Positions 55,709-64,000 of a stretch of 64,000 bases of DNA are shown here, piece after piece; positions within the stretch are counted from its first letter, which is position 1, and every line of letters starts with the position of its first letter. A program made the translations under genes and the position numbers. The stretch is from Bacteroidota bacterium (GTDB taxonomy: Bacteria; Bacteroidota; Bacteroidia; Chitinophagales; Saprospiraceae), in contig JAFMBH010000007.1 of assembly GCA_017858735.1 (NCBI GenBank), positions 7,223 through 71,222 of the forward strand, written 5' to 3'. The notes under the pieces were generated by a model. It searched no databases. It was not told where the DNA came from and saw only the letters and a list, made by a program, of their open reading frames with translations.

Positions 55709-58237
55709 ATGTCATTTAATCGACCTTTTATGCTGAAGTGTATTATCTCTTTTCTTTTTATTTTAGGGATAAATGCTTCGCTTTTCTCACAGCTAAAATC
55801 GCCATATAATTTCCTGTCTAATCGCTTTGGAGAAGAGTTTACGCCGCATGAATCTCTGGTTGAGTATGTAAAACACGTGGCTGACAACAGTTCTCAGGTG
55901 AAATTGATTGAATACGGTCGTTCTACTGAGAATAGACCCTTATTGTTAACTTTCATTTCAACGCCTGAAAATCTGTCTGATTTAGAACAAATTAGGATCA
56001 ATAACCAAAGAAGAGCGGGATTACTCCCCGGGAAAACAGACCCTAAATGGGACAATCTTTCCATTGTCTGGCTAAGTTTTGGTGTTCATGGAAATGAGGC
56101 GTCTTGTTCTGAAACGGCCATGATCACTCTTTTTGAATTGGCCGGTGCCGCAGATGATAATATTAAGAAACAACTGAAAAATACCCTGGTTATATTAGAC
56201 CCGAGCCTGAATCCTGATGGTTATTCAAGATATACCCATTGGTACAAGCAAATAGCTGGTAAAACACCCGATGTACGGCCGGAAAGTAGGGAACATCAGG
56301 AACCCTGGCCAAGAGGAAGACCAAATCATTATTATTTTGATCTTAACAGAGATTGGGCCTGGCAAACACAAGTGGAAACGCAGCAGCGCGCTATTCAATA
56401 TTTGAGTTGGATGCCGCAAATTCATGCCGATTTTCATGAACAAGGCTATTCCAGTCCTTATTATTTCGCTCCGGCAGCTAATCCATATCATAGTTATGTG
56501 ACAAAATGGCAAAAAGATTTTCAATTTCAAATTGGTAAAAATCACGCCAGATACTTCGATGCAAATGGATGGCTGTATTTTACCAGAGAAGTTTTTGACT
56601 TACTATATCCAAGTTATGGCGATACTTATCCAACGTATAACGGAGCCATTGGAATGACCTACGAGCAAGGAGGCATTGGGGCAGGTTTGGCTATCCTTTT
56701 GCCAAATGGTGATACGTTGAGATTGTCTGATCGAATAGCCCACCATAAAACAACCGCACTTTCTACCGTTGAAATGGCAGCAAACAATGCAGCCAGGTTA
56801 AATGCAGAATTCGCCGCTTTCTTTAAAAAATCGTCGGAGAATCCTACCGGGATGTATAAAACTTATGTAATAAAAAAGTCGGCCGTCCCAAATCGGTTAA
56901 AAAGATTCTGTGCTTTGCTCGATAAAAATGGTATCAGTTACGGCACTGCTTCAAAGAAAATGAATGTGTCGGCTTATCAATATGAAACAGGAAAGAATAC
57001 TACCCTCGAAATAGCGTCGGGAGATCTATTGATCAATGCTTGTCAGCCAAGGGGTATGATGGCGCAAATTTTACTCGACCCAGAAGTGGAGGTTCAAGAT
57101 TCAAATACTTACGATATCACGGCCTGGTCTCTTATCTATGCTTATGGATTGCCTGGGTTCGCCACTCAAACCTGCATCGAGCCTGATGTGAAAGGTTTTG
57201 TTTTCGACCAACCCGCTGCACTCAATACAAAAAGTAATTATGCCTATTTGGTGAAATGGGAATCATTGGAACAAGCAGTATTTCTAACTAAGATCCTTAA
57301 AAAGGGGGTTCAGGTAAGAGTGGCCAATGAACCTTTTTTAGTTGAAGATCAGTCTTTTGATAGGGGTACTTTAGTGATAACTAGAGGAGATAATCCTAAA
57401 ATATCTAATTTATCAGATATAATTTCTGCTACGGCTATTGAAAATAAAATTAAAGTAACTTCTGTTGCCACTGGCTTTGTAAACGCGGGAAGTGATCTGG
57501 GGTCCCGTAATTTTCAGTTGCTTAAATCGCCCAATGTAGCCGTTTTAGGCGGTGAACAGGCTAATGCTAATGATCTGGGGCATCTTTGGTTCTATTTAGA
57601 ACAGGAATTGAATATGTCAGTGGCTATTCTGGATGCTGCAAGAATGGACAGGTATAATTTAGATGCTTATAATGTTATCATTGTTCCCGAGGGTTATTTC
57701 CGATTTTCAGATAATATGCTAAGTTCTTTCTCCACTTGGGTAAGAAAAGGGGGAAGATTAATTATTCTGGGCGATGCCTTGTCCCTCGTAAGTGGTAAAT
57801 CGGGATTTGCACTGAAAAATAATGAGGAGGATGCTTCAAAATCAATGAGTAAAAATATATTATTGTCTGATTATACAGGGGACGATCGCAGGGAATTAAG
57901 CGAAGGCACTCCGGGAGCTATCTTTAAGGTAAAATTAGATAATTCTCACCCTTTAGCTTACGGGCAGTCTGATACCTATTTTTCATTAAAGACGACGAAT
58001 ACTACATTTAAACTGAGTGGTGAAAATGCCTATAACATAGGTATTACAGATAAGTCGTTCAAACCAAGTGGCTATGTAGGCTATAAGGCTTTAGAAAAGT
58101 TTAAAGAATCTTTGGTTATAGGTGCCGAGTCAGTAGGGCAGGGCAGTATGGTTTATTACGTTGATAATCTGCTTTTCAGAGATTTCTGGGATAATGGGAA
58201 ATTTTTATTCAGTAACGCTTTGTTTTTTAGGTTCTAA
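55709..58237 (+). CDS. M14 family zinc carboxypeptidase-like protein (secreted, ~840 aa)
   Basis: The ORF track starts at TTG 55682. ATG 55709 gives a clean signal peptide (MSFNRPFMLKCIISFLFILGINASLFSQ). Zinc and substrate motifs are GVHGNEASCSE (HxxE), LNPDGYSRY and IHADFHEQG. Confidence 0.8.
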   Translation: MSFNRPFMLKCIISFLFILGINASLFSQLKSPYNFLSNRFGEEFTPHESLVEYVKHVADNSSQVKLIEYGRSTENRPLLLTFISTPENLSDLEQIRINNQRRAGLLPGKTDPKWDNLSIVWLSFGVHGNEASCSETAMITLFELAGAADDNIKKQLKNTLVILDPSLNPDGYSRYTHWYKQIAGKTPDVRPESREHQEPWPRGRPNHYYFDLNRDWAWQTQVETQQRAIQYLSWMPQIHADFHEQGYSSPYYFAPAANPYHSYVTKWQKDFQFQIGKNHARYFDANGWLYFTREVFDLLYPSYGDTYPTYNGAIGMTYEQGGIGAGLAILLPNGDTLRLSDRIAHHKTTALSTVEMAANNAARLNAEFAAFFKKSSENPTGMYKTYVIKKSAVPNRLKRFCALLDKNGISYGTASKKMNVSAYQYETGKNTTLEIASGDLLINACQPRGMMAQILLDPEVEVQDSNTYDITAWSLIYAYGLPGFATQTCIEPDVKGFVFDQPAALNTKSNYAYLVKWESLEQAVFLTKILKKGVQVRVANEPFLVEDQSFDRGTLVITRGDNPKISNLSDIISATAIENKIKVTSVATGFVNAGSDLGSRNFQLLKSPNVAVLGGEQANANDLGHLWFYLEQELNMSVAILDAARMDRYNLDAYNVIIVPEGYFRFSDNMLSSFSTWVRKGGRLIILGDALSLVSGKSGFALKNNEEDASKSMSKNILLSDYTGDDRRELSEGTPGAIFKVKLDNSHPLAYGQSDTYFSLKTTNTTFKLSGENAYNIGITDKSFKPSGYVGYKALEKFKESLVIGAESVGQGSMVYYVDNLLFRDFWDNGKFLFSNALFFRF

Positions 58238-61007
58238 AAAATGGGGCTTTCTCTTCGCGGCCGTTTTTTCAGGTGGTTTATTGTTAGCTCAAAAACTCCC
58301 TGAAAAAACCATGCCTTTAGGTAAATTGGCACTTAAAACCGTTAAACCCGTCAGATTTCCAAAAGTAGATAATCAAAAATTACTTGCTGAAGAATTAGAA
58401 AAACGAAAGAAGGGACTAAATCCTTCTTTTGCTATTACCAGAAATACTTCTCTTAAGCCCTCTACGCACGGCGAATGGACGACCTCAAAAGATGGTCTGA
58501 ACGAAATATGGAGGCTGCGTATTCAATCGGCAGGCGCATTATCCCTGAATTTGGGCATATCCGATTTTTATCTTCCACCAAACGCCAGATTATGGATATA
58601 TAACCTTTCTATGGATCAGGTAGAGGGTCCGTTTACCTATAACGATAATGAACTTCACGGTCAAATGTGGACTCCCGCTATGCTCGGTGATGAGCTGGTT
58701 TTGGAGGTTTCGCTTCCTTCCATCGAGAAAAAATGGTTGAAAATGACCGTCGAAAAGGTAAATCACGATTTTCAAGGCATTTTTTCTATGTTATCGGGCA
58801 GCTGTCACCTCGATGTGGCTTGCGGGTCAAGAGAGGGTTGGAAGTTAGTAGATAATTATAGGGAAGTGATGAGGTCGGTGGGTATGTACACCATTAATGG
58901 TCGAAATTTTTGTTCAGGTGCTCTTATTAATAATGGGAGAAATGATTGTAAACCTTATTTTTTAAGTGCATTTCACTGCGATGTCACCTCCTCCAATGCA
59001 CCATCTGTGGTTGTTTATTGGAATTACCAACATTCAGTTTGTAGGCCTATGTTGTCTCAGGCGAATGGTGCCACCGGCGACGGATCAAAAACTTTATTCA
59101 ATACGGGTGCTATTTTTCGTGCCGGATTTTCACCTACCGATTTCATTTTATTAGAATTGGATGACCCTGTTCCCGATGCTGCTAATCCATATTATGCCGG
59201 TTGGAATGCTACATCGGTTTTACCTGAAGATACCCTTGTTTGTGTACACCATCCTAATACCCAGGAAAAAAGAATTTCTATTGCCTATCGAAAAACGTAT
59301 AGAGGGCAGTGGGGGCAACTAGCTTCTGAAGTAACCTTTGGAAATCATCTTATTATTCCAAGATGGGATGTGGGTACCACAGAAGATGGATCGTCAGGGG
59401 GTCCTTTGGTTAATAAAAGTCAACAAATCGTAGGGCAATTACATGGGGGTTCTGCCAGTTGTTCTAATAACTCCTTTGATGCTTTTGGCTGGTTTCATAG
59501 TTCATGGATTGGCGGTGGTAGCCCCATGAACAGATTAAGTGAATGGCTTGATCCTGAAAATCGTGGAATAACAAGTATAATGGGTAGAAACGGAGTACTT
59601 TGTAAAAAAGGACTGGCAGTAAGTGTTACTAAAGTTAATATTTGTACCCCAAATAGTACCAGTGTTCAGATTTTTACTGGCTCAGCTTTTTCAGCGCCTA
59701 TTACGTTTGATCTGGTAGGTTCAACTTCCGCCATAGCTTATTCTTTCAATCCAGTAACGGTGCTACCCGGAAATGCTGCAACCCTCTTTATTTCATCAAA
59801 ACAGATGGTTGGTGCTACAGAAAGTAAAATAAAAATTAGAGGTATTTCGGGAGAAGATACCGTGTTTACAGAGCTACAGCTGGTGCTAAATAAAACACCC
59901 GATAAAGTCGTCGTTAAAAATGTAGGGTCAGACCTGGGAGTTGAACCCACATTAAGTTGGTTTAACCTGGCAGGTATTTTCGATTATCAGATTGATATTG
60001 CCTCGGATTCCCTTTTCAGCCAATTTATTTCAAGATTGGTTACCCTCGATTCTCAGTTGGTTATTAAAGGATTGGATTTTGATAAAACCTACTATTATCG
60101 TATCAGAGCCAGAAACGAGTGCGGGCAATCCCCGGGTTACACCTTTGGTAGATTTTTCACTCCTTTAGATTTGGGTTTACAAATTGTCGATTTAAATAAT
60201 GTGCTTTGCATACCTTCAGATTTAAAAGCAGGATTAAAAATAGGCAGTGGTTTCATTCGTCCGGTAAAAATAACTTATTCCATTTCTCCGCCTGTTCCAA
60301 CCTGGCAATTTATAGCCGGTGATGCAGTGGCCAATGTAATAAATTTGAAGGCATCAGCTTTGCTGGATAGTTTAAAATCTGGATCGTATAACGTAAAAAT
60401 TGTAGTCTCAGATGTTAAAAATAGTAAGGAAACTAATTTTAACTTTCAATTGAAAGGTTTACCACCTAAACCAGGTTTACTTTCTCCTGATGATAATGAG
60501 GTTTTATTGGTTGAACGCCCACAGTTGTCATGGACAAAGACCTCATTAACAGATAACTATTCACTTAAGGTCTCAAAAAATATAGACTTTAATGAGCCTG
60601 TTTTTGCCGGAGAAAGGAATCTGAATTTTTATAAATTTTCACAAGATTTAGAAGGGGGAGCATACTACTGGCAGGTAAAATCTAAAAATGATTGTGGTGA
60701 AAGTGCCAGTGATATCAGGAAATTTAAATTAAATCTCAATGATTTAGGCTCCATCTTCAAATGGCAGATCGCCGTGGAACCTAATCCGGTCGATGATAGA
60801 GTGAACATTCATATTTCAGAAAAATTACAGGATGTCACTATTAGTGTTTATAGTATAGAGGGTAGATTGTTGTTTTCTCAACTTTATCTGGAGGAACAGA
60901 ATCATTTTTCTGTTGATACTGCTCATTTTCCTTCAGGAATGTACATTGTTCGTGTATTGTATAAGCAGGGTAGTTTTTCAAAACGGATAGTAAAGCAAGA
61001 CTATTGA
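58194..61007 (+). CDS. Secreted trypsin-fold (S1, lysyl-endopeptidase-like) serine protease with repeated FN3-like modules and T9SS C-terminal sorting domain
   Basis: The ORF track starts at TTG 58161; the first ATG is 58194, and both overlap the M14 gene. The candidate triad is His in FLSAFHCD, Asp in TDFILLELDD and Ser in TEDGSSGGPL. Two modules end ...YYYRIRARNECGQSP and ...AYYWQVKSKNDCGESA. The CTD is AVEPNPVDDRVNIHIS...GMYIVRVLYKQGSFSKRIVKQ. Confidence 0.8.
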   Translation: MGNFYSVTLCFLGSKKWGFLFAAVFSGGLLLAQKLPEKTMPLGKLALKTVKPVRFPKVDNQKLLAEELEKRKKGLNPSFAITRNTSLKPSTHGEWTTSKDGLNEIWRLRIQSAGALSLNLGISDFYLPPNARLWIYNLSMDQVEGPFTYNDNELHGQMWTPAMLGDELVLEVSLPSIEKKWLKMTVEKVNHDFQGIFSMLSGSCHLDVACGSREGWKLVDNYREVMRSVGMYTINGRNFCSGALINNGRNDCKPYFLSAFHCDVTSSNAPSVVVYWNYQHSVCRPMLSQANGATGDGSKTLFNTGAIFRAGFSPTDFILLELDDPVPDAANPYYAGWNATSVLPEDTLVCVHHPNTQEKRISIAYRKTYRGQWGQLASEVTFGNHLIIPRWDVGTTEDGSSGGPLVNKSQQIVGQLHGGSASCSNNSFDAFGWFHSSWIGGGSPMNRLSEWLDPENRGITSIMGRNGVLCKKGLAVSVTKVNICTPNSTSVQIFTGSAFSAPITFDLVGSTSAIAYSFNPVTVLPGNAATLFISSKQMVGATESKIKIRGISGEDTVFTELQLVLNKTPDKVVVKNVGSDLGVEPTLSWFNLAGIFDYQIDIASDSLFSQFISRLVTLDSQLVIKGLDFDKTYYYRIRARNECGQSPGYTFGRFFTPLDLGLQIVDLNNVLCIPSDLKAGLKIGSGFIRPVKITYSISPPVPTWQFIAGDAVANVINLKASALLDSLKSGSYNVKIVVSDVKNSKETNFNFQLKGLPPKPGLLSPDDNEVLLVERPQLSWTKTSLTDNYSLKVSKNIDFNEPVFAGERNLNFYKFSQDLEGGAYYWQVKSKNDCGESASDIRKFKLNLNDLGSIFKWQIAVEPNPVDDRVNIHISEKLQDVTISVYSIEGRLLFSQLYLEEQNHFSVDTAHFPSGMYIVRVLYKQGSFSKRIVKQDY

Positions 61008-61009
61008 AA

Positions 61010-61987
61010 ATGAGGAATCATAAATGGATAGTTTCTGCGGTTCTTATTAACATAGTTTTTCTTTTAAACGGTCAGTCGGACAGCCTTTATAGTTTTAGCA
61101 GACCAGCTATGGGTACCATATATTATGTATCTTTTTATACTAATAAAGAGGTAAATGCACCTTCAATTGCTGAAAAAGTATTTGACCGCATCCAGTTTCT
61201 TGATCACATACTAAGTGATTACAAAGAAAAGGCTGAAGTATATCAATTAAACGTCAGGCAGCCATTGCAGTGGGAAAGTGTTTCAAAGGAGCTTGGATTT
61301 GTTTTAAGGAAAAGTATTCAATGGAGCAAAATAACAGATCAATATTTTGATCCTGCTATGGGTAGTTTGACCCACCTTTGGCGGCGCGCCCGACGACGAA
61401 ATGAATTTCCGGCTGATTCAATGCAAACAGCGGCAAAAGATTATTCTGGTATTCAATATATTGCCTTAAGAAAAAAGGGTAAACAATATCAGTTTAAGTT
61501 CTTGAAAAAGGGAGTTAAACTCGATTTTGGGGGTATCGGAAAGGGATATGCTGTAGATGAAGCATTAAAAGCACTAAAAATGCAAGGTGTTAACAAAGGA
61601 ATGATTTCCGCGGGCAGTTCTATAACAGTGAGTAAAGCGCCTCCCTCCAAAAAGGGTTGGTCCGTTGCAGCTGATACTATCTTTTTTCCAGATGGGGCGA
61701 AACGGTATATTAAGAATAGATCGCAATCTGTGTCAGGGGATGATCAACAATATCTGGAATGGGAGGGGAAACGATATTCTCATTTGTTAAATCCGAAAAC
61801 GGGTAAGCCATTAACAAATGGTGCAACTTGCTTAGTGGAAGGCCCCAATGGCTTGATTACCGATGCATTAGGAACGGCATTTAGCATAATGGATTTTGAT
61901 GAAATACGTAAAGTACTGCGGTGGAGAAAAAGTATCAGGGTTTTATGTAAACGGGACGATAACTTTTTTAAAGCTAACTGGCATTAG
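61010..61987 (+). CDS. apbE: FAD:protein FMN transferase (ApbE family)
   Basis: The ORF track starts at TTG 61004, overlapping the upstream stop; ATG 61010 is likely. Family blocks are MGT.Y.V (RPAMGTIYYVSF), FDPAMGSLTHLW and LDFGGIGKGYAVDEA. Confidence 0.87.
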   Translation: MRNHKWIVSAVLINIVFLLNGQSDSLYSFSRPAMGTIYYVSFYTNKEVNAPSIAEKVFDRIQFLDHILSDYKEKAEVYQLNVRQPLQWESVSKELGFVLRKSIQWSKITDQYFDPAMGSLTHLWRRARRRNEFPADSMQTAAKDYSGIQYIALRKKGKQYQFKFLKKGVKLDFGGIGKGYAVDEALKALKMQGVNKGMISAGSSITVSKAPPSKKGWSVAADTIFFPDGAKRYIKNRSQSVSGDDQQYLEWEGKRYSHLLNPKTGKPLTNGATCLVEGPNGLITDALGTAFSIMDFDEIRKVLRWRKSIRVLCKRDDNFFKANWH

Positions 61988-61997
61988 GTAAAAAAAC

Positions 61998-62033
61998 AAA
62001 ACCCCCTTTCTCAACGAGAGATAAGAGGGTTTT
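61998..62033. terminator. Imperfect hairpin between convergent genes (possible terminator)
   Basis: aaaaccccctttctc pairs with gagataagagggtttt in 7+3+3 bp segments separated by mismatches, and the stem ends in a T-run. It lies between apbE (end 61987) and the oxidoreductase gene (end 62057). Confidence 0.35.
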
Positions 62034-62056
62034 GAAGTTATGGAAGCGCTTAAAAC

Positions 62057-63409
62057 TTAAATTTTATAAACGCCTGGCATAGCTATTTTATAATGACCTG
62101 ATGCGTCAGGTAAAGACTTAGGATTGGCATTCCAGTCCAATGATTCCGGGAAGAGATTTTCCTTAGAATTAATGGCTTGTTCCCAGGAAATAACCTGACC
62201 AGAGTAGGTGGCCATTCTACCCAGGATAGCTGTCATGGTAGATTTAGCTCCATTTTCAAGATCATTAATGACCTCACCTTTTCTGATGGAGGCAAAAAGC
62301 TCCACATGCTCTTGTTGGTAAGGATTCGGATCTCCTTTTCTATTATGTTTAAAGATCACATTTCCTTTCAAATCCGTCATGGTACCATTACTTTCAGCAC
62401 GGCCTTTTGAACCGATGATATGTTCTGACACCTTGTCGGCACAGCCCTTGATGTGACGGCACTGACTGTTAAGAACAGAACCGTCGGCATAAGTGTATTC
62501 CACGTAGTGGTGGTCATAAATTTCACCAAATTCTTTGCCTGTTCTTACCTGGCGTCCGCCCATTCCTTGCGCTTTCACCGGATAATCCTTTTTAGCCCAG
62601 TTGAAAACATCAATATTATGGATGTGTTGCTCTACAATATGGTCGCCACAAAGCCAATTAAAATAATACCAGTTACGCATTTGATAAGTCATTTCCGTCA
62701 TACCCGGCAAACGATCTTTCACCCAAACACCTGATCCGTTCCAATACACCTGACCACTGGTAACATCACCAATTTCACCTGCATGAATACGTTTCATTAT
62801 CTCGCGGTAAACAGTTTCATAATGACGCTGAAGACCAACGACTACGTTCAGCTTTTTCTGTTTGCTAAGCTCAAGTAAGCCCATTACTTTACGAATACCT
62901 GTCGCATCAGTGGCCAGTGGTTTTTCGCAAAAAATATGTTTATTGCTATTGATAGCATATTCTAAATGGTCAGGTCTAAATCCTGGAGGGCTGGTAAGAA
63001 TAACGACATCTGCAAGATCGATGGCCTTTTTGTAGGCATCGAAACCTGAGAATTTATTAGATTCTGGTACGTCAATCTGTGTTTTCAATGCACTGGTAGC
63101 GCCCTCTGATTCTTCCACTTTATTGGAAGTAATATAATTGTAGCAACTATCAACCCGATCTCTGAAAGCATCAGCCATAGCTACCAATTTAGTATTGGGA
63201 TCGGCGATAAGCGCTTGAACAATAGCACCGGAACCTCTGCCACCACAACCTACCAGGGCAATTTTTAACGTGGCAGCAGGTTGGCCAGATAGTGCACGAA
63301 GATCAAAAGGAAGCGACGCGAGCATAAGACCACCGGTAGCAAGGGAGGCATCCTTTAAAAAGTCCCGACGATTTACGCCAGGTTTGTCAAAAGAATCTGA
63401 TGAAGACAT
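62057..63409 (-). CDS. Gfo/Idh/MocA family oxidoreductase with twin-arginine (Tat) signal
   Basis: The 450-aa ORF has the Tat motif NRRDFLKDASLATGG and the Rossmann motif IALVGCGGRGSGA, followed by EKPLA. Confidence 0.88.
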   Translation of the reverse strand: MSSSDSFDKPGVNRRDFLKDASLATGGLMLASLPFDLRALSGQPAATLKIALVGCGGRGSGAIVQALIADPNTKLVAMADAFRDRVDSCYNYITSNKVEESEGATSALKTQIDVPESNKFSGFDAYKKAIDLADVVILTSPPGFRPDHLEYAINSNKHIFCEKPLATDATGIRKVMGLLELSKQKKLNVVVGLQRHYETVYREIMKRIHAGEIGDVTSGQVYWNGSGVWVKDRLPGMTEMTYQMRNWYYFNWLCGDHIVEQHIHNIDVFNWAKKDYPVKAQGMGGRQVRTGKEFGEIYDHHYVEYTYADGSVLNSQCRHIKGCADKVSEHIIGSKGRAESNGTMTDLKGNVIFKHNRKGDPNPYQQEHVELFASIRKGEVINDLENGAKSTMTAILGRMATYSGQVISWEQAINSKENLFPESLDWNANPKSLPDASGHYKIAMPGVYKI

Positions 63410-63489
63410 TATTTAGGATTTTAAGTAATTAACAAATAAAATTTTTTGTTTTCTAAAAATAGTAAAATTAATTAAAACAAAATAATTAA

Positions 63490-64000
63490 TTAACCTTCAT
63501 CTAAAACAAGAGACCAAAATTCTTCCTGTTCTTCCTTAGTAGGTTGAATCGTTGGTTTCACCAGTCTGATACCTATGAAGGGAGCATCAGAGCACCACCA
63601 GAAACTTTTGGGAATTTGGGGGTCTCTTCTTTGCCAGGAAGGGTTTGAGGAGGTTCTTGCTGAAGAGCGAAGAACCTGTGGATTTTCGTCCCATGAGCCC
63701 CCTCTGGCTGTTCTTGGGAGTAATTTATCGGGGCGACGCCATGGACTAGCCGTCGCATCACCCAAAGTAGGGTAGTAGTCTGCCTGATATTGGTCTAGCG
63801 TCCATTCCATTACATTACCATGCATGTCGTATAAACCCCAGGGATTAGGTTTTTTTGATTTAACAGGATGGTATTTATCTTCGCTATTATTAAAACTCCA
63901 GGCGTATTGGTCTAATAAAGCGGGATCATCGCCAAATGAATAAGCTGTATTTGTGCCGGCTTTACAGGCATATTCCCATTCAGCTTCCGTGGGGAGTCTG
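63490..64000 (-). CDS. Formylglycine-generating enzyme (SUMF1/FGE-sulfatase) family protein; 5' partial (runs off the right edge)
   Basis: The ORF track lists 63490..63825 from an internal Met. The same frame stays open to nt 64000 and reads RLPTEAEWEYACKAGTNTAYSFGDD...NPWGLYDMHGNVMEW...RGGSW, which are classic FGE-domain blocks. Confidence 0.85.
   Translation of the reverse strand, partial: RLPTEAEWEYACKAGTNTAYSFGDDPALLDQYAWSFNNSEDKYHPVKSKKPNPWGLYDMHGNVMEWTLDQYQADYYPTLGDATASPWRRPDKLLPRTARGGSWDENPQVLRSSARTSSNPSWQRRDPQIPKSFWWCSDAPFIGIRLVKPTIQPTKEEQEEFWSLVLDEG

Noticed and set aside
63573-63775. Two ~62-66-aa ORFs on both strands within the FGE-like gene.
   Set aside because: They lie in a locally GC-richer part of a well-supported CDS where alternative frames stay open by chance.
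63490-64000. The FGE-domain protein as a diversity-generating retroelement target, or as the T9SS component GldK/PorK.
   Set aside because: There is no reverse transcriptase, template repeat or adenine-biased variable region nearby. The downstream gene is an oxidoreductase rather than gldL/porL.

Overview
This 64-kb chromosomal segment looks like a low-GC member of the Bacteroidota. Supporting signs are four proteins with T9SS C-terminal sorting domains, DUF4270 and DUF4292 lipoproteins, atpD-atpC standing alone, the acpP-fabF-rnc and tRNA-Leu/tig-clpP-clpX gene orders, TAnnTTTG-type -7 boxes and little Shine-Dalgarno signal. I call about 55 protein genes, one tRNA-Leu(UAG), one decayed gene fragment, several hairpin terminators and a few candidate operator or promoter motifs. 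I see no rRNA, CRISPR array, intact IS element or prophage. Most of the window is housekeeping: ATP synthase beta/epsilon, fatty-acid genes, pyruvate kinase, HflX, Tig/ClpP/ClpX, Rel, Fur, MetF, TruA and RNase III. Four parts look accessory. (i) 1-14.7 kb holds a very large C25 (gingipain/PorU-like) T9SS protein abutting glycosyltransferase and glycan-modification genes. (ii) 7.7-9.4 kb is an AT-rich insertion inside that locus, carrying an Rpn/YhgA-like nuclease gene and a pseudogene remnant with a 12-bp tandem repeat. (iii) 33.4-34.3 kb is an AT-rich orphan gene with a non-ATG start. (iv) 55.7-64 kb encodes secreted M14 and Lys-C-like S1 peptidases, ApbE, a Tat-exported oxidoreductase and an FGE-like protein. 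I did not find a convincing multi-gene defence system or any clearly novel system. The best leads are the C25-glycosyltransferase coupling, the BlaI/BlaR1-like module with paired TACGA-N6-TCGTA dyads and a non-PBP polyproline sensor region, the orphan DEDD-like gene, and a SWIM-like protein that has lost its zinc ligands. All family calls come from motif recognition by eye; no database search or computation was run.
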